Part shown: positions 10,162 to 20,299 of the stretch, piece after piece
Position numbering within the stretch: position 1 is the stretch's first letter
Layout: each line of letters starts with the position of its first letter
Assembly: GCA_963724325.1 (NCBI GenBank)
Contig: CAVRUH010000007.1
Location: 128,001 to 192,000 of the forward strand
Reading direction: 5' to 3'
DNA length: 64,000 bases
Source of the DNA: Waddliaceae bacterium
GTDB lineage: Bacteria; Chlamydiota; Chlamydiia; Chlamydiales; Waddliaceae
The notes under the pieces: generated by a model
The model's input: the letters and a program-made list of their open reading frames with translations, nothing else
Databases searched by the model: none
What the model was told of the DNA's origin: nothing
Translations under genes and position numbers: made by a program

Positions 10162-11952
10162 TTATTTTTTTATCACACGCCGCCGTAAATTTTTTCTTTG
10201 TATCACTAACCAAATCAGATATATTCCAAGAGCTGTCCCCCAAATAATCAGTCTAGGTACATTGAATATAGGGTAAGGCTTCTGAGCAGGAAATCCCCAG
10301 CGCTCTCCAGGCGGCCACAATATAAAACTTGGCGCCCCTTGCAAATTGTCTTCTGGAATAAACCCGAAAACTCTGCTGTCTGCACTGATAGCATGGTTAT
10401 CTCCAAGAAGCAAATACTGCTTCTCAGGGACCTTCAACCCAAATGCACGAATAAAATCGACATCAAAATTACCATCTGTTTTGAGAGGCGCGCCACGATC
10501 CAAAAATCCAACGTACTGCTTATTTGATTCTTTCTCCTTTTCCTTATCAGTGAATTTTTGCAGCAATGGATCGCCCTTCTTCAAGAAAGGGGCCCCCATC
10601 ACATACAAATCACCATCTCGGTAATAAGCATATCGGTGTGGTAAATAAGTGACTTTTTGAGTATGCGGCACCATTGTCGGATGAAGTTCCATGCAAATAT
10701 TAAATAAAACCAAAACATTTTCTGGTGTGTGCAGATTCAAAGGATGATCTAGTGGTAGATCATGCAAAATACCCCCCCAACCTACTGAACTGCCCTTTCC
10801 AAAATAGAACTCATAAGTTCCATCCGGAACTTTTGGAAATGGAAATCCCCGGATCCTACTCTTGTCCACCACAAATCGCGCAGTATACATATTTTTCATC
10901 AACGCATCAAGCTGCTCTTGCTTCAGTGGTATCAAAGAAGGGGATGTAGGTACAGAAATATGACCATGCGACTCATACTGGACATCTTCTACCCGTGGCA
11001 GGCGAGGGGAGTGATTCAATAGCAAATACAGGACCCCATCTTCCCCCAATTCTTTTTTCATTTCATCAGGCACTTCACTAGGCAATAAGAGCTTCGCCAC
11101 CGCAAAGTTTCCAATTCCCCATATGTCAGAAAAAGTCTCAATCTTATCATGCTTTTTACCAGCCGCCGAAGGTTCATCTTGAATCCATTGCGAACCATTA
11201 TAGATCTCTCCCTTTCCCGAATTGATATCATAACGTGCCAAAGGTTGCTTTACCAATGCATACTCAATGATATTTCGCTTTAACCTGCCATCCAAATACA
11301 TGAAAGGAATATTCTCAATTTTTTCCATCCACGGACCCGTGAGGAAGTCCATTAAAGGCTTGCCATCCCGGTCCACAGCATAGATCTTTCCACCATAAAA
11401 ATAGATACTGTCTCCAGGCTTCCCAGCCATCCTCTTAATATAACGTTTTGTATAGGGAAAAATCTTAAAGTAAGTCGTTATATCATCCGCCCCAGGAATA
11501 TTCTCACCTGACCAAATCACAACCCCCGTATTTTGTACCAAATCGGGGTCAAAATAAAAATGCTCAGTCTTCAATGGTATATTCAGCCCAAATGCCGTTT
11601 TAGTAACTGTTAAATGATCCTGCTCCCGAAATGTCGGCCGCATCGATCCCGATGGAATTTCGTACAACTCAAACCACATCTGCCGCACCACAGTAGCAAT
11701 CGCCAATGCAAATACTAAAGCAAAAACGATCTCAACAACATAATCCTTTAATGACTTCCCAAAATGCTTCTTAGCTATAGTCTCAAGCTCCCTTGCCAAA
11801 CGATCCGCCTCAGGGCGATTCAAATCCACTATTGCCTGATCCAACTTCTCCATTTCAGCCTGAATTCCTTGAACATCCCCATTTTTCTGTACCCACTTAT
11901 AACACCCTTTCAAAATGTTTTTTGACTTTCGCAAGCTATATGTTTTGCTCAT
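10162..11952 (-). CDS. lepB: Signal peptidase I (long chlamydial type)
   Basis: IPSGSMRPT (catalytic Ser), YIKR (Lys), LGDN...SADSR; transmembrane segments near both ends. Confidence 0.93.
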   Translation of the reverse strand: MSKTYSLRKSKNILKGCYKWVQKNGDVQGIQAEMEKLDQAIVDLNRPEADRLARELETIAKKHFGKSLKDYVVEIVFALVFALAIATVVRQMWFELYEIPSGSMRPTFREQDHLTVTKTAFGLNIPLKTEHFYFDPDLVQNTGVVIWSGENIPGADDITTYFKIFPYTKRYIKRMAGKPGDSIYFYGGKIYAVDRDGKPLMDFLTGPWMEKIENIPFMYLDGRLKRNIIEYALVKQPLARYDINSGKGEIYNGSQWIQDEPSAAGKKHDKIETFSDIWGIGNFAVAKLLLPSEVPDEMKKELGEDGVLYLLLNHSPRLPRVEDVQYESHGHISVPTSPSLIPLKQEQLDALMKNMYTARFVVDKSRIRGFPFPKVPDGTYEFYFGKGSSVGWGGILHDLPLDHPLNLHTPENVLVLFNICMELHPTMVPHTQKVTYLPHRYAYYRDGDLYVMGAPFLKKGDPLLQKFTDKEKEKESNKQYVGFLDRGAPLKTDGNFDVDFIRAFGLKVPEKQYLLLGDNHAISADSRVFGFIPEDNLQGAPSFILWPPGERWGFPAQKPYPIFNVPRLIIWGTALGIYLIWLVIQRKNLRRRVIKK

Positions 11953-12647
11953 TTTTCAACCTTCATTGGAGATTTTAAATTTCTGCCCGAATCCACAGTT
12001 CTCACTCTTGCCTTTCCAATAAATCCTCGCACCTGCAACCAATAAGGGAAGTAGGAGGGATAGTTGGAACTAGCCTCAGGGAGATACACAGTAATAGTTT
12101 TATCAGATAACTCAGACGAGTCCTTGGGCCAGTGTGCCTCGTATTCATTAAATGAAACTTGCGGTACTTCTTTGCCTTCAAAAATCAGTGCAGGCTGCCA
12201 CACCTTGGAGATAATTCCCGATGTTCTCTTTCGATCCTTATATGCAACTTCATTCAGTTTTAAACTTAATAATTGCGACAAAAAGTTATTCGCTTGCGAC
12301 ATGTCATACCACGTTTCATTGGTATAGCTATAATATTGCATCATCTTCCCTGTTGAGGCATTGATCGTATACATCACCCAGCACGTATGACCCGGCGCCC
12401 TCCGCTCGACCCACTCTTTCCAACTCATGCCACCACTTTTTCTACTGCTTGGAACCGTAACTTCTTCCAAAGTAATCGTTTCGTCAGTCTTAGCCTTGAT
12501 AATCATGACAGTATAATTTTGATTCTGCTGCGTCACCAAATAATCTCCAGCAACAGCATTTTTCAGATTGTCTTTCAGATAAACAAACGACCCCTCAGCA
12601 AATAGCATCAGCGGAAACAGGAAAAATATGAATAAAACCTTTTTCAT
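11949..12647 (-). CDS. Exported hypothetical protein of the kind found next to lepB in Chlamydiae
   Basis: Signal peptide; 4-nt overlap with lepB; YFPYWLQV motif. Confidence 0.75.
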   Translation of the reverse strand: MKKVLFIFFLFPLMLFAEGSFVYLKDNLKNAVAGDYLVTQQNQNYTVMIIKAKTDETITLEEVTVPSSRKSGGMSWKEWVERRAPGHTCWVMYTINASTGKMMQYYSYTNETWYDMSQANNFLSQLLSLKLNEVAYKDRKRTSGIISKVWQPALIFEGKEVPQVSFNEYEAHWPKDSSELSDKTITVYLPEASSNYPSYFPYWLQVRGFIGKARVRTVDSGRNLKSPMKVEK

Positions 12648-12727
12648 AATGAGTAAATTATAGCCTGCAACAACTATTGTGACAAGAGAATCTTGAGTTT
12701 AAAGCCTAAGAATGTTATATATTTTAC

Positions 12728-14191
12728 ATGCCATCAACAGGAATATACAACCAGCCTCTAGCATTATTGACCGATCTTTATCAATTGACCATGTCCTATG
12801 GCTATTGGAAAAATGGGCTCGATAAAAAAGAAACAGTTTTTCAACTGTTTTTCCGTAAACAACCCTTTAAAGGTGGATTTACCGTTGCCGCAGGCCTCGA
12901 AATGGCCATAAAATTCATCGAAAACTTTAAATTCGAAGAGAGTGATTTCGCATATCTCGCAACACTTAAAGACTCCACCGGTCACAACCTATTTACCCCT
13001 GATTTTTTTGACTACCTCCGTGATTTTAAATTCACCTGCGATATCGACGCCGTTCCTGAAGGTACTATCGTTTTTCCATACGAACCTCTTCTTCGAGTCA
13101 CCGGACCTCTCATCCAATGCCAACTTCTCGAAACACCTCTGCTTAATCAAATTAATTTTCCCTCGCTCATTGCGACCAAAGCTGCTCGAGTCTGCCTTGC
13201 TGCCAAAGGAGACAGCGTCATGGAATTTGGCCTCCGCCGGGCTCAAGGGATCGACGGAGGCATGTCGGCCAGCCGCGCTGCCTATATTGGCGGCTGTTCA
13301 TCCACCTCAAACGTCCTCGCCGGAAAACTCTTTAATATCCCCGTCGCCGGAACCCATTCACACAGCTGGGTCATGATATTCGAAAAAGAAGAAGAGGCTT
13401 TTAAAGCCTATGCTAAAGCCTACCCTACAAATAGCGTTTTTCTCGTCGATACATTCAACACCATAGAAGGTGTTAAAAAAGCAATACGCATTGGAGAATG
13501 GCTTCGCTCACAAGGGAATGAATTGGCCGGCATCAGACTTGATTCCGGAGACCTCGCTCAACTTTCTATCATCAGCCGCAAAATGCTTGACGATGCTGGA
13601 TTTAAAGATGCCAAAATCGTAGCCAGCAACGAACTCGATGAAACTATCATTAACGAATTAAAGCAACAAGGAGCTCAAATTTCGGTCTGGGGAGTAGGGA
13701 CCAACCTTGTCACAGGTAAACATCAAGGCGCGCTCGATGGAGTATATAAGCTTTCAGCAGTACGTGATCCAGGTGAACCATGGCACTACAGACTTAAACT
13801 TTCTGAGCAAATGACAAAAATATCCGACCCTGGAATCCTTCAAATCCGCCGCTTCAAAACGGACAATGAAAACATCGCAGATGCCATCTACGACATACAT
13901 TCTGATGTCTCCAATGGATGCGTCATCTATGATCCGTTAGATCATACTCGTGAAAAAAAATTGGGCAATGGAATGGAAAGCGTCGATCTTTTAGTACCCA
14001 TCATGCGAAAAGGACAAACCGTATATAAATTTCCTAAACTTTCTGATGTGAGGCAGAATACCCAAAAGGAACTTAATCAATTTGCGCAGGGGATAAAGCG
14101 ATTTTTGAATCCCCATCTCTATTTTGCTGGAATTGAAAAGTCTCTTTATGAGAAAAAAGTTGAATTAATTAAGCATATACGGAAGTTATGA
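12728..14191 (+). CDS. pncB: Nicotinate phosphoribosyltransferase
   Basis: LLTDLYQLTM, EFGLRRAQG, GTHSHSW, GIRLDSGD, GVGT. Confidence 0.95.
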   Translation: MPSTGIYNQPLALLTDLYQLTMSYGYWKNGLDKKETVFQLFFRKQPFKGGFTVAAGLEMAIKFIENFKFEESDFAYLATLKDSTGHNLFTPDFFDYLRDFKFTCDIDAVPEGTIVFPYEPLLRVTGPLIQCQLLETPLLNQINFPSLIATKAARVCLAAKGDSVMEFGLRRAQGIDGGMSASRAAYIGGCSSTSNVLAGKLFNIPVAGTHSHSWVMIFEKEEEAFKAYAKAYPTNSVFLVDTFNTIEGVKKAIRIGEWLRSQGNELAGIRLDSGDLAQLSIISRKMLDDAGFKDAKIVASNELDETIINELKQQGAQISVWGVGTNLVTGKHQGALDGVYKLSAVRDPGEPWHYRLKLSEQMTKISDPGILQIRRFKTDNENIADAIYDIHSDVSNGCVIYDPLDHTREKKLGNGMESVDLLVPIMRKGQTVYKFPKLSDVRQNTQKELNQFAQGIKRFLNPHLYFAGIEKSLYEKKVELIKHIRKL

Positions 14192-14805
14192 AAGCATTAT
14201 TAGTCGTGGATATTCAGAATGACTTTCTTCCTGGCGGAGCTTTGGGGGTCAATGGAGGCAATGAGATTATACCAATTGTTAACGCTCTTTTGGAAAAGCC
14301 CTTTGATCTTATTGTTGCATGTAAGGATTGGCATCCTTTGAATCATTGTAGTTTTGCGAAGACGCATAATAAAAGGGTAGGGGATCAGATTGAACTTATG
14401 GGAAGAAAGCAGATACTCTGGCCGGTGCATTGTGTTCAGAATACCTTTGGAGCAGAATTTTCTTCAAAACTTGATTCTTCGAAAATTGAAAAAACCTTTT
14501 TGAAGGGGACAGAGGCGCAAATTGACAGTTATGGGGCTTTTTTTGATAATGGCCATTTGCGTTCGACGGGACTTGATGATTATCTTAAGAGTAAAAAGAT
14601 TACGGACCTTTACATAGCTGGATTGACAACGGATTATTGTGTGAAGTATACTGTGCTTGATGCGTGTAAACTGAAATATAATACTTACGTGATACAGGAT
14701 GGATGTCGTGCAGTCAACCTCAATCCTGGTGATGGGGTAAATGCTCTCGATTTAATGGCTCAGTCTGGTGCGCACATAATTAATTCGATAGAATGTATAT
14801 TTTAG
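14188..14805 (+). CDS. pncA: Nicotinamidase/pyrazinamidase
   Basis: VDIQNDFLPGGAL, DWHP, WPVHCVQ, GLTTDYCV. Confidence 0.95.
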   Translation: MKALLVVDIQNDFLPGGALGVNGGNEIIPIVNALLEKPFDLIVACKDWHPLNHCSFAKTHNKRVGDQIELMGRKQILWPVHCVQNTFGAEFSSKLDSSKIEKTFLKGTEAQIDSYGAFFDNGHLRSTGLDDYLKSKKITDLYIAGLTTDYCVKYTVLDACKLKYNTYVIQDGCRAVNLNPGDGVNALDLMAQSGAHIINSIECIF

Positions 14806-15068
14806 CTGTGAAGGTTGTTCCTAATGCATCTAAAAGTGAGATTCTCGCCTGGGAAAATAATGAGCTTAAAATTCGTCTTCATGCAGTGCCTGACAAGAAT
14901 AAGGCTAATTTAGAGTTAATTAGACTGCTGTCGATCACCTTTAAGATACCTAAGTCGCAAATTCAAATAGTTTCTGGGAGTACATCACGTCATAAAAAGT
15001 TAATGTTGCCTGATTTTTCTCCATTGCAGCAGAAGATTCTTGTTGATTTTCAATTTCCGCAATGTTAG
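14793..15068 (+). CDS. DUF167/YggU family protein
   Basis: VKVVPNASKSEI...LKIRL.AVP...KAN.EL...SG.TSRHK. Confidence 0.85.
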   Translation: MYILAVKVVPNASKSEILAWENNELKIRLHAVPDKNKANLELIRLLSITFKIPKSQIQIVSGSTSRHKKLMLPDFSPLQQKILVDFQFPQC

Positions 15069-15090
15069 TCTATTTGCATATCCTTTAGGG

Positions 15091-15164
15091 GGGGCAATAG
15101 CTCAGTCGGTTAGAGCAGCGGACTCATAACCCGCGGGTCACTGGTTCAAGTCCAGTTTGCCCCA
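15091..15164 (+). tRNA. tRNA with CAT anticodon, most similar to tRNA-Ile2 (lysidine) type; CCA not encoded
   Basis: Acceptor GGGGCAA/TTGCCCC, D-arm AGCTCAGTCGGTTAGAGC, anticodon loop CTCATAA, T-arm ACTGG-TTCAAGT-CCAGT; resembles E. coli ileX; lacks initiator features. Confidence 0.93.
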
Positions 15165-15779
15165 CATTTTTTTTACAGGACAAACTTATGACACTCATAG
15201 AATCCAAAATGGAATTTGCCGAAAGGAACCATGCGGTACTTCTATCCCTAGAGGCTCAGATTGTAGCGCACTATCAAAAACGTCCTCGCCTTCATGATCA
15301 CAATGTGATTCGCGTTTTAGAGGCTCTCATAAAGCACTTTAGGGCTTTAGCGACAAATTTCCCATTGCCTCAGCATTCATTATCTGAATTCGAGGGTGAA
15401 ATTTATCTTAGCATTCAATACAATCTAGAAAAATCGGAAGCCCTAACTCCGAATGATTCCTGTGTCCTTTTAAAGTTCCTCAAAAAATCTGTAGAGCTAA
15501 ACAACAAGAGATCGGGCTCACAGGGTTACTTAAACTTCATCAGCCGCTTCATCGAAGTTGAAATAGAGGATTAGAAACCCGAGTCACTCACCTTATTAAC
15601 ATTAAAATATGTGAGTTAGGCTTCCGCATTCCCTAAATGGTTATTTTCAAGAAAAACTTATTTGTTTTTACTCTTCAATAACACAATTGATTTTCAGTGA
15701 CTTATCAGCTTTAAAGCATAATCTTCACGTGTTCAAGAAGAGCCTTCGTTCGCTTCGCTCACTACGGCCAGATGCGCCC
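15123..15779 (+). repeat. About 657-bp direct repeat, copy 1 (tRNA 3' half, 128-aa gene and downstream sequence)
   Basis: Near-identical to 23270-23927; the first ~250 bp recur at 28444-28695. Confidence 0.95.
15188..15574 (+). CDS. Hypothetical 128-aa protein, copy 1
   Basis: ORF repeated at 23335-23721 with 2 amino-acid changes; C-terminal GSQGYLNFISRF motif. Confidence 0.8.
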   Translation: MTLIESKMEFAERNHAVLLSLEAQIVAHYQKRPRLHDHNVIRVLEALIKHFRALATNFPLPQHSLSEFEGEIYLSIQYNLEKSEALTPNDSCVLLKFLKKSVELNNKRSGSQGYLNFISRFIEVEIED

Positions 15780-15819
15780 TCCCTTATTTTTTGCCTTAGC
15801 GAGCGCAGCGTGCGAAGGC
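15742..15819. repeat. GC-rich imperfect palindrome (REP-like)
   Basis: GCCTTCGTTCGCTTCGCTCACTACGGC ... GCCTTAGCGAGCGCAGCGTGCGAAGGC; only the left arm is present in the second repeat copy. Confidence 0.65.
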
Positions 15820-16035
15820 ATTTCTACACAAGAAGTCGAATTCACCAATTAGGCTCTTCGGGCAGACGACAACTGAGTAATTGATATTTTTGAACCAAAA
15901 CAATGCTCGAGAGGATATGAAAAAGACGAAACAAACACCAGCTATGATATCCTTATGAAATTAAGGAATGGATTCACTCGTAAAAATAAAATATAAGATT
16001 ACAGTAAAAAATATAAATTTAAAAAATAGGAGAAT

Positions 16036-16752
16036 TTACTCATTTGAATTTACTGCCTCAGTTTTTCCAAAGAATTGATTATATGCATCTTCGGAAACAA
16101 AAAACTGCTTCCAATATTTTTCGTTATAAAGATGGTCTTCGGAGGTTATGTTCTTACTCACTAGTTCTATTCCTGACTTATACGTGTTTTTACGGTTTTT
16201 AAGTTCGTTTTTGATTGCTGCAAGTTTAATGATCTTCTGAATAGAAATTTTTTCGATTTCATCAACAACAGATTTCCCTGAAATCTTTGAAAGTAAATCC
16301 GTTTGTTGGAAGTAAAAATTTCTATATTCTTTATGACCAGCGCTAATCGTTAAATTTAGATATACTAATGCCAAGAAAGGGTCTAGATTTTCATTAGCAT
16401 ACATTTGAGACACTTCAAATAAAGCTGGGGGATATCCCAAAGAGGCAGCCATTTTAAACTGCTGATTTGCCGCTTTCCTGTTTATTGATGTCCCAGTTCC
16501 TGATAACGAACACTGACCTGCAATATACATAGCAATCTCATCGCCATCAAGAGCAGCATCAAGAACCTTGCTAAGTTCAAATGTATCAGAAGTTTGAACG
16601 CTTTGCAGAAACTCTTCTAAGCCTTTTTTTTCTGTATTAGATAGCTGGAAACCATCTGAAAGATCGCTTTTAGGTGATTCTGAAGAATGGACAGTTGACG
16701 ATCCCAATGCCATTGCAAATACAGTCATTCCTATTGCTATAAGTTTAAACAT
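16036..16752 (-). CDS. Exported Sel1-like repeat protein
   Basis: Signal peptide from MFKLIAIG; AMYIAGQCSLSGTG...AANQQFKMAASLGYPPALFEV Sel1 pattern. Confidence 0.75.
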   Translation of the reverse strand: MFKLIAIGMTVFAMALGSSTVHSSESPKSDLSDGFQLSNTEKKGLEEFLQSVQTSDTFELSKVLDAALDGDEIAMYIAGQCSLSGTGTSINRKAANQQFKMAASLGYPPALFEVSQMYANENLDPFLALVYLNLTISAGHKEYRNFYFQQTDLLSKISGKSVVDEIEKISIQKIIKLAAIKNELKNRKNTYKSGIELVSKNITSEDHLYNEKYWKQFFVSEDAYNQFFGKTEAVNSNE

Positions 16753-16845
16753 ACAAGACACTCCTTTACAATTAGTTAGACTAGCATATACAAATATCAA
16801 CAAAACATCAAACTATTAAATCGTTTAATTGTTTGACTTTCTTGA

Positions 16846-17112
16846 ATGATCATGCCAATCTTGTGGCATAAACTCAAAAAAAGGTGGGTCTTGGTTGTTA
16901 CAAAGCGAAAAGTATCCGGAGGCAAGCGCCGTGATACAGGGAGAAAATGCCTAGATACATTTTTAAGTTTGAAGCAAACTTGCCTTAAGCTGCATATTAA
17001 TTTTATTACATTTCTTAAAGACAGGGTGTGTGAGCAAAACGAGATTCCTCGGCTTGCTGAAATCATTCGCGGGCGTTCTTCAAAATCCCAAAAAACCACT
17101 GAGGCCACTTAG
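16846..17112 (+). pseudogene. IS66-family transposase C-terminal fragment
   Basis: VTKRKVSGG.R...GRKCLDTFLSLKQTC.KL.INF..FL.DR matches the IS66 TnpC C-terminus. Confidence 0.7.
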
Positions 17113-17128
17113 AACCAAACTAGGTCCA

Positions 17129-17378
17129 ATTCACAGACATAGGTAACACTTTGATTCACAAACATAGGTAACACTTTTCAAAATATGGTATAATACTCTC
17201 ATCATTAACAATTTAGGGAGTATTTATGCCTTGGGAGAACTTGAAAGTGGAAAATCTTAGGTTAAAACTGATTCAATCCTTCTTGAAGGGTGAAGAGACA
17301 ATGACAGACTTATGTTTAGAGAATGGAATAAGTCGAAAAACTGGGTATAAATGGTTAGCGAGATATGAGAAATATGGG
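17129..17378 (+). mobile_element. Left-end fragment of an IS481-family element
   Basis: Tandem ATTCACA(G/A)ACATAGGTAACACTTT repeats, then MPW...TDLC...GISRKTGYKWLARY...G HTH typical of IS481 transposases. Confidence 0.75.
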
Positions 17379-18242
17379 GCCACTGTGCTTATGGAATGCA
17401 ATCAATTGGAAACTTGGCTTTTTGAATCACCAGAGCCTTCTGAAACAGCATCGACTAATGCAGCACACTGCATAAAATGTTGGCGTGATTATCTTGAAAT
17501 TAAAGATGCTTACTATGGGGATTTTGAGGAGTTTGAGTTGCCTGAGCCGAAAGAGGGAGAAATTCTGCAAGATTATATCATGCGCATGGCAAGGTTGGTT
17601 GAAGAGGAAGGAAAAGGGTCTAGACTTGAGTGGCGTGCGCTCAAATCCTTTTTGGGTTACATGCGAAATTTGGCTCATGAAGAAATTGCTTTCATCGAGC
17701 AAATCTTTCCTTTTAAAATGAATATCCACGATTCAAGGATTATTCGACTGATTGAGCCGGAGGTTTACCCGATCTCACAGGCAATTGCCGCGGACATTCT
17801 CAAGGAACTGGCCAGGATGTGTAAATATGGAAGGCCGAATGCTAAGCATGGGGCTGCTGAAGCACTTGGGTTGTGCTGGTTGTGTTTATCAGCATCGCGC
17901 ATGCGATTGCCTATCACTCTCACTGATATTCATGGCACGAAAAAAACGTCAGTTTTTGCCGATGAAAAATGTGCTAAATTGCTGGTACCAACTATCTTTG
18001 GAAATAGGTCTCTAAGAATCTCGCGACGACTGGCAAAATACCTGTCAGCGCTTGCTGGGATTTCATCAATAGATCCAAGAAAAACTATTCTGCAGAGGCC
18101 TAAGAGGTCATTAATGAGAGTATTGGATAGAGCTATTGAAAATCTTAGACTCGATCCAAAATTAGGAAATATAACTTTTGTAACCTTAATTTCTTCGCCC
18201 GACATCTCGGGTGGCGATCATCGTTATGTCCGTAATTCTTAA
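17226..18242 (+). CDS. Chimeric ORF: IS481 HTH fused to a degenerate tyrosine-recombinase-like domain
   Basis: The first ~50 aa are a transposase HTH; the rest follows integrase catalytic-domain spacing (LGLCWLCLSASRMR, VPTIFGNRSLRI, LGNITFVTL) but lacks HxxR and a clear catalytic Tyr. Confidence 0.5.
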   Translation: MPWENLKVENLRLKLIQSFLKGEETMTDLCLENGISRKTGYKWLARYEKYGATVLMECNQLETWLFESPEPSETASTNAAHCIKCWRDYLEIKDAYYGDFEEFELPEPKEGEILQDYIMRMARLVEEEGKGSRLEWRALKSFLGYMRNLAHEEIAFIEQIFPFKMNIHDSRIIRLIEPEVYPISQAIAADILKELARMCKYGRPNAKHGAAEALGLCWLCLSASRMRLPITLTDIHGTKKTSVFADEKCAKLLVPTIFGNRSLRISRRLAKYLSALAGISSIDPRKTILQRPKRSLMRVLDRAIENLRLDPKLGNITFVTLISSPDISGGDHRYVRNS

Positions 18243-18336
18243 TAGATAAAAAGTGTCCATCGCTGTGCCGACGTGATTCGATCCATTTCATTTACAATGA
18301 GCGCAATTCCGAAATTAACAACATCAGGAGGCGCCA

Positions 18337-18542
18337 ATGAGCGATTATCAGTATTTGGATATAAATCAAATTGTAGAGGGTGGCAATACCCCTTTTCATT
18401 AGGGCAATTACGTCACTACCTAATTATGCGGCACAAAAATAATCTTGAGATTGCAGTCCGAAAGATTGGAAAGCGGCTGTATTTGCGTAAGGATCTTTTT
18501 GAACAATGGATAGAAGATCAAAAGGAGAGGAAAAATGGATAA
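18337..18542 (+). pseudogene. Excisionase/AlpA-like small DNA-binding protein, frameshifted
   Basis: AGGAGG RBS then MSDYQYLDINQIVEGG; continues in another frame as YPFSLGQLRHYL...RKIGKRLYLRKDLFEQWIE. Confidence 0.6.
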
Positions 18543-18890
18543 TTTTCTCCTCGATGAAAAAGGTGTTTGGTTTGCGCCACCCACACATTCCCTTGGTAGA
18601 TCATCACGGAAGCAAGGGAACCCTGCAAGATTGGCAACAATATATTGCCAAATTTTGTGTGGACAATTCGCGACTTGGCTTTTGTGTAAGTGTGGGGTTT
18701 ACTTCACCCCTTCTTTATTTGTTAGGGGAAGAAAATGGAGGTTTTAACCTTCGAGGACCGAGCAGCGGAGGCAAAACAACTGCGCTAAAAGTTGGTCTCT
18801 CAACTTATGGAAGTGAAAAGATGCTCCATTCGTGGCGAGCTACATCAAACGGTCTTGAATCAATTGCGGCCCTTCACAATGATTGTCTCC
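18535..18890 (+). pseudogene. DUF927 helicase-domain fragment
   Basis: GTLQDWQ..IA...NSRL, GGFNLRGPSSGGKTT (Walker A), SWRATSNGLE..AALHND; truncated. Confidence 0.8.
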
Positions 18891-19175
18891 AAGGAGTTGC
18901 AAGTCTTACTTAGGAAAAATGGATATTCTGATGCAAAGGAAATATCAGCCAAACTCATTGAGCTCTATTCCCGACAGAATCAACGCTTGGAAGAGGACAT
19001 TCAAAAGCTAATTAAGCAAAAGCTTACGAATGACACATCAAATAAACTCACCTTCATGCTTGGTTTGATCCCTACAGTGGATAACACAGACAAAGTCCTG
19101 AAATATGAGCGCTCCCTACAAAAATCGATTTTCCAGAACCTCCTTATGTTGAAAAAACTGCAAGGGGCTTTCTAG
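18891..19175 (+). pseudogene. C-terminal fragment of a hypothetical protein
   Basis: Ends DKVLKYERSLQKSIFQNLLMLKKLQ; no own start, joined to the DUF927 fragment. Confidence 0.4.
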
Positions 19176-19277
19176 AAATGGGTCTGTTTTGGAAAAATGC
19201 AAAGTTAAAAAAACTGTCCTATGACTATGGCGACCTTCTCTAAGTGTATGGGGCAATGTCACTTGCAATTAGGAGGA

Positions 19278-20285
19278 TCAGAAGGTGCCATAGAGGTAGT
19301 TCCAATATGCCGTGAATATTTCAGACTGTTCTGAGGTCAGAGGCTCAACAATAATAAAGCTTTCATCACTGCGTGTAAATGAAGATTGTGACCAGTTTGC
19401 CGAACCATTAACCAAAATACTGTTATCGATGCACATAAGCTTATTATGCATGAAGCTTAATTTTGGGTTGACCTTAACCTCTATCCCTGCCGCCATTAGC
19501 TTTGGTAGATTTCCACCAAAATCAGGTGCTACCACCTGTACTTTTATTCCTCGTTGGTGGGCTTTAATTACTGCATTTGCAAGATCATTGTTGGTCCAAA
19601 CCATCATGGCAATATGGATGCTTGTATTCGCTTGATCGATTTTTTCAATGAGAAATTGTTTAGATTGCTCGTTGATTGACTTTTCTACTTTTTTTTGTGG
19701 AAACCCATCATGAGGCAGAAGACAAAAATAGATGTCTTGACTGAGTAGAGAAATAAGTAATGGTCCATGTTCGGTTCGGTGAGCACTTAAGCGAAATATA
19801 TCTGCTTCGTGATGAAGATATTGCGCTAACTCAGTTGAATTAAATCTTACCATTAAATTTTCTTGGGTTTGATATGCAGATGTTGTAAAGTTTGCGGATC
19901 CAATCCAAATTTCACTTTCATCTACAACCAGTATCTTGTGATGAAGATGACCTTCTCCTGTCGTCCTCGTCACAATTTCAATATTTGGCAGCTTTTTGCT
20001 TGCAATTTCACCTAAATGGTCTCTATCGATCACGACTGTGACTTTTAATCCCTCGTTTGCTTTCTGATTGAGTGCTGCGATAATTTCGGGATCAGATAGG
20101 CTGAATGTAATAATCAGAATTGATTTTTCAGCGTGAAGAATGCTTTCCTTTATCGAAACGCTTAAGTGTTTACGGTCTTGGGTATGATATAGCTGTGCGT
20201 CAGCTGCTACTGTAGCTTCAAGGCTGCCTACGCAAAATACCATAGCTGCTAATAGACTGAAAATTGATAATTTAAATTTTAACAT
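19278..20285 (-). CDS. Exported phospholipase D superfamily protein
   Basis: Signal peptide; two HKD motifs (HHKILVVD...GSANFT and HNKLMCID...GSANWS). Confidence 0.92.
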   Translation of the reverse strand: MLKFKLSIFSLLAAMVFCVGSLEATVAADAQLYHTQDRKHLSVSIKESILHAEKSILIITFSLSDPEIIAALNQKANEGLKVTVVIDRDHLGEIASKKLPNIEIVTRTTGEGHLHHKILVVDESEIWIGSANFTTSAYQTQENLMVRFNSTELAQYLHHEADIFRLSAHRTEHGPLLISLLSQDIYFCLLPHDGFPQKKVEKSINEQSKQFLIEKIDQANTSIHIAMMVWTNNDLANAVIKAHQRGIKVQVVAPDFGGNLPKLMAAGIEVKVNPKLSFMHNKLMCIDNSILVNGSANWSQSSFTRSDESFIIVEPLTSEQSEIFTAYWNYLYGTF

Positions 20286-20299
20286 GGTTAACCTTCCTT

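Noticed and set aside
898..14430. Numerous short antisense or overlapping ORFs inside core genes
   Set aside because: Shadow frames with no RBS or motifs
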